A DNA stretch of 64,000 bases, taken from assembly GCA_964361595.1 (NCBI GenBank), contig CAYIAX010000003.1, positions 6,071-70,070 on the forward strand. The letters run 5' to 3'. Under the pieces are notes generated by a model. It worked only from the letters and a program-made list of their open reading frames with translations, ran no database searches and was not told where the DNA came from. Positions 47,218-54,968 of this stretch are shown here, one piece after another. Origin of the DNA: an uncultured Candidatus Saccharibacteria bacterium. GTDB taxonomy: Bacteria; Patescibacteriota; Minisyncoccia; UBA6257; 2-01-FULL-56-20. The stretch's first letter is position 1, and each line of letters begins with the position of its first letter. The position numbers and the translations under genes were made by a program.

Positions 47218-47520
47218 ATGGCCAAAGAAGTTATAAAGCGCGGCGGCAAGCATGAGCCGTTCCGGGCGGAAAAAGTGAAAGGCGCGGTGCGCGGCGCCTT
47301 GCGCGATATCCATATTGGCGGCGCGCGCGCCAAGCGGATCGTAGGGAAAGTTTCTGCGCCCGTGCTGCGGTTTGCCGCGAAGCGGAAAACGATAAAGACC
47401 TCGGTTTTGCGGCAGAAGCTTATCTCCGGTTTGCGTAAAGTCGAACCCGCGGCCGCCAAAGCCTGGCAGAAGTTCGACGCCCGGCGCAAAGCCCGCCGCG
47501 GAAAAGCACGCCGCCGCTAA
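47218..47520 (+). CDS. ATP-cone domain protein (standalone) with basic C-terminal tail
   Basis: MAKEVIKRGGKHEPFRAEKVKGAVRGA resembles the ATP-cone N-terminus (VIKRDGxxExFDxxKI) of NrdR/NrdA. Confidence 0.55.
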   Translation: MAKEVIKRGGKHEPFRAEKVKGAVRGALRDIHIGGARAKRIVGKVSAPVLRFAAKRKTIKTSVLRQKLISGLRKVEPAAAKAWQKFDARRKARRGKARRR

Positions 47521-47522
47521 AC

Positions 47523-47556
47523 GACATTCTCACATTCTGCAGAATGTGAGAATGTC
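47523..47556. repeat. ACATTCT-heptamer palindrome family, copy 3 (GACATTCTCACATTCT-GC-AGAATGTGAGAATGTC), perfect
   Basis: Read directly. Followed by the inverted repeat AAATGCGCCACCC...GGGTGGCGCATTT (47558-47607). Confidence 0.9.
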
Positions 47557-47674
47557 ATAAATGCGCCACCCGGGTGTCCCATTCGTAGCCTTGCGCGAAG
47601 TATGGGTGGCGCATTTAGTTGATGTTTGAACCCAGCAAGTGGGAGATTTACTTCGTGTTTTGCGAACCGCGCAA

Positions 47675-47714
47675 AACAACATTCTAACATTCTATAGAAT
47701 GTTAGAATGTTGTT
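47675..47714. repeat. ACATTCT-heptamer palindrome family, copy 4 (40 bp perfect palindrome AACAACATTCTAACATTCT-AT-AGAATGTTAGAATGTTGTT)
   Basis: Read directly. Preceded by the hairpin GTTTTGCG-AACC-GCGCAAAAC. Confidence 0.9.
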
Positions 47715-47725
47715 TGATCTGAATT

Positions 47726-48280
47726 TTAATTTATCTGCGCGCTTGCGGCTGTCGTCGCTTGGCGGCGCGCGAGGAGCATCGTTACAAACAAAAGCGCGAA
47801 AGCCGTAAATGCCATCATTGGGATCGTGATGTAGCCGAAGAGCAAGACGAATCTTTGCGAACAGGCCGCCGAGTAGCCCACGGCCGCGCAGGGCAGGGCG
47901 GGAGCGACGCCCAGCTGAAGCAAATAATGATAGCCGGCAATTACACCGCCCACGCCGGACATGACCAGGCTGTAGCCGATGATATTTTTATCTTTCTTCG
48001 CGAGCGCGAGGCCCAAAAGCAGCGCCTGCGGGTACATGAAGATGCGCTGGAACCAGCAAAGCTTGCAAGGCTCATAGCCCGCGATTTCGGAATAGAAAAG
48101 ACTGCCCAAAGTTGCGAGAAGGGCGACGAGGAAGGCGAACAGCACGGCCTTGTTTAAAAAATAATCCAGCTTCGGCGAACGGTTTTTTGTGAGGAGAATA
48201 AAAATTGCAATTAAGGTGAGCGCTCCGCCCAAAATCGTAAGCGGCCCCAAAATATTATTAACTAAAGGAACGAGTGACAT
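47726..48280 (-). CDS. DsbB/BdbC-like disulfide bond formation protein
   Basis: Four TM helices. CKLCWFQRI resembles the BdbC CxxC motif, with a second Cys pair in a later loop. Start moved to the internal ATG to remove overlap with the adjacent gene. Confidence 0.6.
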   Translation of the reverse strand: MSLVPLVNNILGPLTILGGALTLIAIFILLTKNRSPKLDYFLNKAVLFAFLVALLATLGSLFYSEIAGYEPCKLCWFQRIFMYPQALLLGLALAKKDKNIIGYSLVMSGVGGVIAGYHYLLQLGVAPALPCAAVGYSAACSQRFVLLFGYITIPMMAFTAFALLFVTMLLARRQATTAASAQIN

Positions 48281-48281
48281 A

Positions 48282-48662
48282 TTATTGCGTCGCCGGAAGT
48301 TCGCAGCCGGTTTTCTCGGCCAGGGTTTCAAGTGCGACTTCACCGCTCAAGCGGCTCCCGTCCTTAAATTCCCAGGTGGGATAGCCCTCGATACCTTTTT
48401 TTGTGCAGAAGGGAAGCTGGGCTTGGCCGTTCGGCGTGGAGCATTCCACATAATTCAATAACTTTTGCGAGCGGCCGAACATGGCTTTCTGGTTTTGGCA
48501 GTGCGGACACCAAAAGGCGCCATAGAAAATTGCGCCGCGATCCTTAAGACAAGTGGCAAAGGCGTCGAGCTTATCAGGCTTATTCGCCTCACTGCGCCAG
48601 ACGAAGAATAAAGCGACGACTGCGATAGTAACTACTCCGTAAATAGCCCACTTTTTAGACAT
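48282..48662 (-). CDS. thioredoxin-fold thiol:disulfide oxidoreductase (DsbA/BdbA-like), membrane-anchored
   Basis: N-terminal TM and a CxxC active site FWCPHCQ. Sits immediately upstream of the DsbB-like gene. Confidence 0.7.
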   Translation of the reverse strand: MSKKWAIYGVVTIAVVALFFVWRSEANKPDKLDAFATCLKDRGAIFYGAFWCPHCQNQKAMFGRSQKLLNYVECSTPNGQAQLPFCTKKGIEGYPTWEFKDGSRLSGEVALETLAEKTGCELPATQ

Positions 48663-48755
48663 AGGTAATATTATAGAACACTCTGGCTGAAATTAAAAAG
48701 GATTGGCGTGGATAGGGGACAAAACGTTTAAATAAGTGTCCAAAAGCTAAATCAA

Positions 48756-48799
48756 AGTTACTAAAATTATACTACAATTGTAGTATAATTTTAGTAACT
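48756..48799. repeat. perfect 44 bp palindrome AGTTACTAAAATTATACTACAATTGTAGTATAATTTTAGTAACT
   Basis: Read directly; reverse complement identical. Contains TATAAT on both strands and lies in the divergent intergenic region between the thioredoxin-like gene (-) and the 49051 gene (+). Confidence 0.9.
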
Positions 48800-48818
48800 C
48801 TTTTCCTGATTAGTCATG

Positions 48819-48856
48819 ACAACATTCCAACATTCTGCAGAATGTTGGAATGTTGT
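48819..48856. repeat. ACATTCT-heptamer palindrome family, copy 5 (38 bp perfect: ACAACATTCCAACATTCT-GC-AGAATGTTGGAATGTTGT)
   Basis: Read directly. Confidence 0.9.
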
Positions 48857-48882
48857 TTTGCGACAGGTGCAGGCGAGCGACG

Positions 48883-48914
48883 ACATTCTAATATTCTATA
48901 GAATGTGAGAATGT
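48883..48914. repeat. ACATTCT-heptamer palindrome family, copy 6 (imperfect: ACATTCTAATATTCT-AT-AGAATGTGAGAATGT)
   Basis: Read directly; two mismatches between the arms. Confidence 0.8.
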
Positions 48915-49050
48915 TGTTTATATGAAAAAGCCGCTTGTGGCGGAGCGCGCAGTTAAGATGGATTAGTCAATTAAAATGGAGTTGAAATTTTGGCCGAAAT
49001 GAGCAATAATGCAGGCGTAATGCGGGTAGCAATTATTTGTTTGAAAATTT

Positions 49051-49800
49051 GTGGAAAGTAAAGTTGTTCAACTTGAAGAATTAGAGCGCCTAAACAGGGG
49101 CTTGGACACCGTATTGGGCACCCGCCTAGAAGCAGGGGTATCTTATAGTGACTCAAAGCAGTTATTCACAATCTTTGTTATTGCGAAGGCCTCTAAAACA
49201 CATGAGGCGATTACCTTCCTTTGTAAAAATGGATTTGGGGAGGATGCTTTTATGCTTAGCAGAACGCTTTTCGAGCTATTGGTAATTTTTTTGTATATAT
49301 TAGCGGATAAGAAAGACGACAGACTAACTAGGTATATGGAATACGACCATGTAACTAGAAAAAAACTTTACGATCATATTGCTACTCGACCCGAACTGCT
49401 TAATGATAAAAGAGCTACGCCTGAAATTTTTCAACAAATACGCAGTGCTTGCGAAAGCGTTAAAGATAATTATGAAAAGCCCTTTACGTGGTCTGATAAA
49501 AGCATTGGAGAGATGTCCAAGGAGGTTGGCAGGTGGGAAACCTACAAAACCGTATATAAACTGCAGTGTATACTTTCGCACTCCGAATCTCGCAGCATGA
49601 ACGAGTATTTTAAAGAGGAAAACGGATCGCTCATTGTTGATATAGGTGCTAAAACCAATTTAATAGAGCAATCTTTAGCAATGAATTTTGACTTCTTTTT
49701 CTCCATCGTTGAGAAGGCCAACGAAGTGTTTTCTTTTGGATTGGAAGAACCGCTTAAAAAAGTGAGCGAAAGGTATGCAGATTTTATTAGTAAGAGATGA
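49051..49800 (+). CDS. hypothetical protein (249 aa), AT-rich accessory gene
   Basis: Clear ORF with lower GC than neighbours. Downstream of three palindromic elements, and ends 4 nt before the next gene. No motif recognised; a weak R-x5-H segment (RYMEYDH) is present. Confidence 0.5.
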   Translation: MESKVVQLEELERLNRGLDTVLGTRLEAGVSYSDSKQLFTIFVIAKASKTHEAITFLCKNGFGEDAFMLSRTLFELLVIFLYILADKKDDRLTRYMEYDHVTRKKLYDHIATRPELLNDKRATPEIFQQIRSACESVKDNYEKPFTWSDKSIGEMSKEVGRWETYKTVYKLQCILSHSESRSMNEYFKEENGSLIVDIGAKTNLIEQSLAMNFDFFFSIVEKANEVFSFGLEEPLKKVSERYADFISKR

Positions 49801-49804
49801 GAAT

Positions 49805-51307
49805 ATGAGCCAAACAACTGCCAATTCTATAACTTTCAGGTATAGCGAGGAAGACAAGCGGCTATTTAAAGATGATCAAAAACAACGCTGGAAAAGCATA
49901 GAACATTTTTATCAAAAACTTAGAGAACGTTGTCTTGAAGAAGTGGATATTCCAATTTCTGCTTCGCATAAAGCATGGATATCGGCAAGAGTTAATCTTC
50001 ATATAACAACTTCGCTAATGAGACTTTTGTATCTCACAGAATCCTTACGCGATGCGTCAATTAATTTTAACTCGGTGGCGGCCGCGATACATATAAAAGC
50101 GATGGTAGAAATACCCCTACATTTGGGATATTTGGTATGGATTCTGGATGGACACGGTGATTTTCAGAGCATAAGGCGAGAATTATCGAAAATTGCATTT
50201 GGTAATCGAGACAAGCAAACAGGTTTAACCGCTAGCAACAAAATATCGCAAAGAACCTTTTATACGCGTTCGGACGCGATGATCAAAAAGTTTTTTAAAG
50301 ACGAGCCGAGCAATATAAACATTTTTGAAACATTGTATAAAGAAGCTAATGCAACAGGCCACCATAACTACGAGGCACGCAACCTTCTTTGTGGAGTCCA
50401 AAATAACGATGTCTGGTGTGTAAAAGATAGAAAAGAATGGTTTGTGTTTATCAGTAATAACATTTTTCAATTTTTTATGCATTGCGAAGCGATACTGGGG
50501 ATGTCCCAAGTATTTCTAGAAACAATCGATCATTACGTTAGTCAACTTCCTGAAAACTTTTCTAAAGAAAGCAATATTGCAATTGGAAAGCAGAAGTTTT
50601 TGGAGATAAAGGGATTTTTCAAGCGGTTAAGCGATGAAATGTGTAATGTTGTTCAAGCTTATTACCTATGGAGCGCACTTGCTTTTGCACGATCAATACC
50701 CGAAGCGGGAAAAGAGCACGCGGAGGAAAACGTTATGATTATGAACAGGCACAAGCATTTCTTTATTCAAACAGAAGATAGTCATCTGCGAGCTTTTATA
50801 ATTGGCATCTCGAAGTTTTTTGATCGAGACCAAAGATCGTTAAGTATCAAACGACTAATAGAGAAAATCGAAGAAAGCAAGGATTTCATAACACCAGAAG
50901 TTGTGCTAGAAGTTTACCCCGATCGATTCAATGGAGATGAGGTGATTCATTACACTCCGTTAGAAGATGGAGATATTCAGTATATAGAAAGTCTGAGGGC
51001 CGACCACGAAGTCGTAATACAGAAACTGAAAGAAATTAGAGACAAGCGACTTGCCCATACAAGTATAGAAATTATTAAAGGCACCTTCGTTCCAAACGAA
51101 GTAGAAAAATTGATTATCGCCATACAAGAAATGTTTAATAAGCTGTCGAGCAGGTTTGATCAATCAACTACCCGTTGGGATCACTTAAAGGAAGGGGCCG
51201 TTATGGATACCGAATTGCTTCTAAGAAGTCTTAAAATGGGCGAGATGCAGAGGATTGCAAAAATAGAAAAAGAATACAAGCAAAAAACGAACGAGAGTTC
51301 TAGTTAA
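49805..51307 (+). CDS. hypothetical protein (about 500 aa), AT-rich accessory gene; alternative upstream start at 49775
   Basis: Long ORF tightly coupled to the 49051 gene. No recognised motif; a weak R-x5-H segment (RDKRLAH) is present. Confidence 0.5.
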   Translation: MSQTTANSITFRYSEEDKRLFKDDQKQRWKSIEHFYQKLRERCLEEVDIPISASHKAWISARVNLHITTSLMRLLYLTESLRDASINFNSVAAAIHIKAMVEIPLHLGYLVWILDGHGDFQSIRRELSKIAFGNRDKQTGLTASNKISQRTFYTRSDAMIKKFFKDEPSNINIFETLYKEANATGHHNYEARNLLCGVQNNDVWCVKDRKEWFVFISNNIFQFFMHCEAILGMSQVFLETIDHYVSQLPENFSKESNIAIGKQKFLEIKGFFKRLSDEMCNVVQAYYLWSALAFARSIPEAGKEHAEENVMIMNRHKHFFIQTEDSHLRAFIIGISKFFDRDQRSLSIKRLIEKIEESKDFITPEVVLEVYPDRFNGDEVIHYTPLEDGDIQYIESLRADHEVVIQKLKEIRDKRLAHTSIEIIKGTFVPNEVEKLIIAIQEMFNKLSSRFDQSTTRWDHLKEGAVMDTELLLRSLKMGEMQRIAKIEKEYKQKTNESSS

Positions 51308-51357
51308 GCGCATTCGGTTCTAATGTTTATTACTGCGGGACTTGGGAATCGACGTCG

Positions 51358-51600
51358 CTACTTCTTTAGTAAAGCTAACTTTTTCTCTCGACGCCAACCT
51401 TTGATTTTCGCTTCCCGTCTTCTTGCTTCAAGCAGGGTTTTAAAATTCTCCGAGTGAACGAGTATAACGGGTCGCCTAATTTTCGTGTAATGTGCGCCCC
51501 GCCTTGAATCATTGTGCTGTTTAAGCCTTCTTTCAAGATTATTGGTGCATCCAACGTAAAGAGATTGGTCGGCGCATTTTAAGATATAGACGAAGTGCAT
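51358..51600 (-). CDS. GIY-YIG nuclease domain protein (YhbQ/UPF0213-like)
   Basis: [28 protein letters not shown] carries the GIY-YIG core Tyr, Arg and Asn residues, in an 80 aa protein. Confidence 0.8.
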   Translation of the reverse strand: MHFVYILKCADQSLYVGCTNNLERRLKQHNDSRRGAHYTKIRRPVILVHSENFKTLLEARRREAKIKGWRREKKLALLKK

Positions 51601-51712
51601 ACTACCTATAACGTTTCGCTTCCTTGCTCGAATCCTTACATTACTTTCCCTCGTTTCGCTCGGGATAATTGAAAATCTACTCCTCGAAACCTCGGAATGA
51701 TTTTCTAATTAG

Positions 51713-51783
51713 CTGGGGGACTAGGATTCGAACCTAGATTGCATGATTCAGAGTCATGATGCCTACCATTAGCAGATCCCCCA
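51713..51783 (-). tRNA. tRNA-Gln (anticodon CTG)
   Basis: Acceptor TGGGGGA/TCCCCCA with the U1:A72 pair and G73 discriminator typical of bacterial tRNA-Gln, anticodon stem CATGA/TCATG, loop CTCTGAA, T-arm CTAGG-TTCGAAT-CCTAG. Confidence 0.75.
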
Positions 51784-51790
51784 AAGTTGA

Positions 51791-52492
51791 TTATTTGTAC
51801 ATCCTAAATGTAATCATTTCCCGGAATTTTTCAACCTCTGCCCTTTTTCTTAATCGAATGTAGACTTTTCCAATTTCCGGATGAAACCCCAGATTTTTTA
51901 AACCGTGTTCAACTGCATTCAGTAAACTCTTGTTTTTGTTGCAAAACTGGAAGTTATAAGTGCAAGTCGGCAGGTGAATCGAAAGCGAACCTTCGGCCTC
52001 GAATAAACCTTTTAAAAAGCGGATAACATTTGCTCGATTTTCAGAGATCCATTTTGGCACCCGGTAATTAATAGCTTTTCTGTTCCCGGCCGGGATGCCC
52101 AATCTGGCAGAGATCTTCTTTTCATAAAGGCTGATTCGAATATTGTTTTTGTCTTTTACTTTGCTTACCGCGGGATTTTTACCAAATAATTTTTTGGTCA
52201 ATTTTGCATACCGCTCAACGAACCCGCTGTTATTCGAATTACAGGAGATGATAATTCTTTCGCATCGGGGGAAACTGCTGATGTTCCCATCGCCCAGAAC
52301 TACTCCCACATATTCGGCCAGGTCGCCACCGTGGGTAAAGTTTGGATAACTTGTCTTTATCAACCCAATTTTTTTCATCCCTTCCGTCCACCTGGAAAAG
52401 TTATTCAACCCGCGTGCTTTCATGGTGCGAGATATCTTGAGCGCGCGTGAGTCAGATTCTACATTCAAATCCACCTTTACATTATAGCTCAA
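51791..52492 (-). CDS. LAGLIDADG family homing endonuclease (two-motif, single-chain)
   Basis: Two LAGLIDADG motifs, LAEYVGVVLGDGNIS and IRFLKGLFEAEGSLSI, about 100 aa apart. Lower GC than the surroundings. Confidence 0.8.
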   Translation of the reverse strand: MSYNVKVDLNVESDSRALKISRTMKARGLNNFSRWTEGMKKIGLIKTSYPNFTHGGDLAEYVGVVLGDGNISSFPRCERIIISCNSNNSGFVERYAKLTKKLFGKNPAVSKVKDKNNIRISLYEKKISARLGIPAGNRKAINYRVPKWISENRANVIRFLKGLFEAEGSLSIHLPTCTYNFQFCNKNKSLLNAVEHGLKNLGFHPEIGKVYIRLRKRAEVEKFREMITFRMYK

Positions 52493-52587
52493 ATCTCAAA
52501 AATTTACTACCACTAGATTGAAATTAGATTTAAAGTAAAAATCTTGTATAATCATAGTAATCAAAGCTTTCACCAACGAAACAGCGC

Positions 52588-53247
52588 ATGTCAAAGTTAA
52601 TAGAAGATAATCTTATAGGAGCCATTCGCAGTGCTGGAGATGTACTTCTAAAGTGCACGATGATTGCTACCGCAGTAGAATTTTGCGGAAGTTTTTTAAC
52701 TAAGGAAACAAATAAAGGTACTACAGAAAGTAATTTTTTGGAATTTTGGAAAAGTAGATATATACCAAGTAAATATCATGAAATAGGTGAGCTTATGTAC
52801 GAAGTTTTCAGAAATGGGGTTTCGCACAGTTTTATTGCTAAGGGAGGGGTCATTCCAAGCGGCGAAGAGAAAAGCGCCAAAAAGCATTTAGAATTTTTTG
52901 AACAGGGAATTTTTATCTATGTGCCAGAGTTAGAAAAAGACGTTATAGCGGGAATCTCAAGGTTCTTAGAAGATTTAAAAAACAAAAGTGAGTTGCAGGA
53001 AAATTATCGTTTTGTACTTTCCGAACTAAATAGAGTTGGCAAAGAAAGATATGATGAATTTGTAAAAAAATACAAAATCCAAGTAAGCCAGGAAACAATT
53101 GCCGGAGATATTTTCCCAGATATTCAATTTGTTTTAGCTGGTGGGTCTTTGGATTTGATACCGCACCATACAGGCTCAACAATCTCAAAACACATTAAGG
53201 TTGAGATTAAGGTTAAACCAGCTAATGAAGAAAATTTTAAAGCCTAA
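52588..53247 (+). CDS. hypothetical protein (219 aa), AT-rich
   Basis: Clear ORF ending 4 nt before the helicase gene. No motif recognised. Confidence 0.5.
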   Translation: MSKLIEDNLIGAIRSAGDVLLKCTMIATAVEFCGSFLTKETNKGTTESNFLEFWKSRYIPSKYHEIGELMYEVFRNGVSHSFIAKGGVIPSGEEKSAKKHLEFFEQGIFIYVPELEKDVIAGISRFLEDLKNKSELQENYRFVLSELNRVGKERYDEFVKKYKIQVSQETIAGDIFPDIQFVLAGGSLDLIPHHTGSTISKHIKVEIKVKPANEENFKA

Positions 53248-53250
53248 ATT

Positions 53251-54732
53251 ATGGGGATTGTTTTTTGGATCATAATAGGAGCAGTTGGTTGGTCGTTTAT
53301 TTCTAAACGTATTCGTATAAACTCAAACCCAAATGAGGCGACGCCGAAGTATAATCAAGTCATGGGAAACCAAGTGATTGGAAAAAGACGCGAAAGCCGT
53401 CGATTTCTTGCCATAGAAAAGCCCAGGGTTGTATTTTCTGCAGAAAGCAAGAAGGTTCTTAACTTACTTGAAAACACAAGTACAAACGTTTTTATTACTG
53501 GGCGAGCAGGTACGGGCAAGTCGACATTACTGAAGTATTTTCGCGCAACAACAAAAAAGAATATTGCAATTCTTGCTCCAACCGGAGTTGCTGCGGTCAA
53601 TATCCAAGGGCAGACAATCCACTCTTTTTTCAAATTCGGGCCAGATGTTACCGAAGATAAAGTGAGAGCAGTTTATAAAAATCCAGAGGTTTATAAAAAA
53701 TTGGATACAATCATCATCGATGAAATCTCTATGGTTCGTGCTGATTTATTCGATTGCATCGAAAAGTCTCTGCGTGTAAATGGGCCAAGCCCACAAGTGC
53801 CATTTGGCGGAGTTCAAATTATAGTAATTGGAGACTTGTACCAACTTCCACCCGTAGTAACAAATGAAGAAAAGCAAATCTTTGAAACATATTATCATAG
53901 TCCTTATTTTTTCGATTCAAACTCTTATCAAAAAGTTAAGTTTAAGGTTTTAGAGCTTACTCATGTATATCGGCAGTCTGATAAAGATTTTATTGAAGTT
54001 CTTGATGCAATCCGCGTATGTTCGGTAACAGATGACCATCTTAATAAAATAAATCAACAGTTTAGTAGAAATAAGCACAACGAAAATGATTTTAAAATTA
54101 CACTTGTTCCTACTAATGCTATGGCTAATGCAATCAACGCCGTAAAATTAAGCCAGCTTCCCGGAGAGACAAAAAAATATGTTGGTACGATAACGGGGGG
54201 ATTTAATGAAAAAAATTTGCCCACTGCACAGGAACTCTTCCTCAAGGTGGGCTCACAAATTATGCTTCTTAATAACGATCCTCTTTCGCGTTGGATTAAT
54301 GGCGATCTGGCTAAAGTCTTAAAGTTAAATGATGGGAATATTAGAGTGCTTTTTGAAGATGGCACTTATGACGATATTGGGTTTTATAAATGGGATATGA
54401 TACGTTTTATTTACGATGAAGATGATAAAAAGATTAAATCCGAAGTTGTTGGTTCATTTACGCAGCTTCCAGTGCGACTAGCTTGGGCGGTTACTATTCA
54501 CAAAGGACAGGGTAAAACATTCGAAAAAGTTTTCATTGATTTTGGAAGTGGCACATTCGCTCCGGGTCAAGCATATGTTGCCTTAAGTAGGTGTAAATCT
54601 CTTAGCGGGTTATCTCTAAAGAGCCCACTTGAGCATAGGCATATTTTTATTGAACCCAGAATTGGAGAATTCTTAAATGAAGCTATAACGCCAAAAAAGA
54701 GGCGTGCTGAATCAAGCCCGCGACCGCAATGA
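53251..54732 (+). CDS. Pif1/RecD-like superfamily 1 DNA helicase (AAA_30 + UvrD_C_2-like)
   Basis: Walker A TGRAGTGKST, Walker B IIIDEISMV, and the C-terminal VTIHKGQGKTFEKV...AYVALSRCKSL typical of the Pif1/RecD2/TraA-helicase C-terminus. Confidence 0.75.
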   Translation: MGIVFWIIIGAVGWSFISKRIRINSNPNEATPKYNQVMGNQVIGKRRESRRFLAIEKPRVVFSAESKKVLNLLENTSTNVFITGRAGTGKSTLLKYFRATTKKNIAILAPTGVAAVNIQGQTIHSFFKFGPDVTEDKVRAVYKNPEVYKKLDTIIIDEISMVRADLFDCIEKSLRVNGPSPQVPFGGVQIIVIGDLYQLPPVVTNEEKQIFETYYHSPYFFDSNSYQKVKFKVLELTHVYRQSDKDFIEVLDAIRVCSVTDDHLNKINQQFSRNKHNENDFKITLVPTNAMANAINAVKLSQLPGETKKYVGTITGGFNEKNLPTAQELFLKVGSQIMLLNNDPLSRWINGDLAKVLKLNDGNIRVLFEDGTYDDIGFYKWDMIRFIYDEDDKKIKSEVVGSFTQLPVRLAWAVTIHKGQGKTFEKVFIDFGSGTFAPGQAYVALSRCKSLSGLSLKSPLEHRHIFIEPRIGEFLNEAITPKKRRAESSPRPQ

Positions 54733-54832
54733 TCAAATCCCTTATCTTCGACATCGGCGGCGTGATTACTTTGCATCCGAATAGCGCACTACAAATGCGC
54801 CCATCCGAATTAACTGTTTTAATAGCTTAGCG

Positions 54833-54877
54833 GAATCATACGGAAAATCGTACGATTTTCCGTATGATTCTTTTGTT
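54833..54877 (+). terminator. 38 bp perfect palindrome GAATCATACGGAAAATCGTACGATTTTCCGTATGATTC plus TTTTGTT: probable terminator
   Basis: Read directly; reverse complement identical. T-run follows on the plus strand, about 100 nt after the helicase stop. Confidence 0.45.
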
Positions 54878-54968
54878 ACTATAAACACGTGTCAAATCCG
54901 CCCTCGCCTGTTTGGGTGTGGATATAACGGCCTAAAAAGCTACGTGCGCTATGCTACACTATATATAA

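Noticed and set aside
34274-48914. Whether the ACATTCT palindromes are integron attC sites or a CRISPR array
   Set aside because: They lack the attC RYYYAAC/GTTRRRY cores, and no intI-like integrase is nearby. The copies are kilobases apart, not regularly spaced with unique spacers, so they are not CRISPR.
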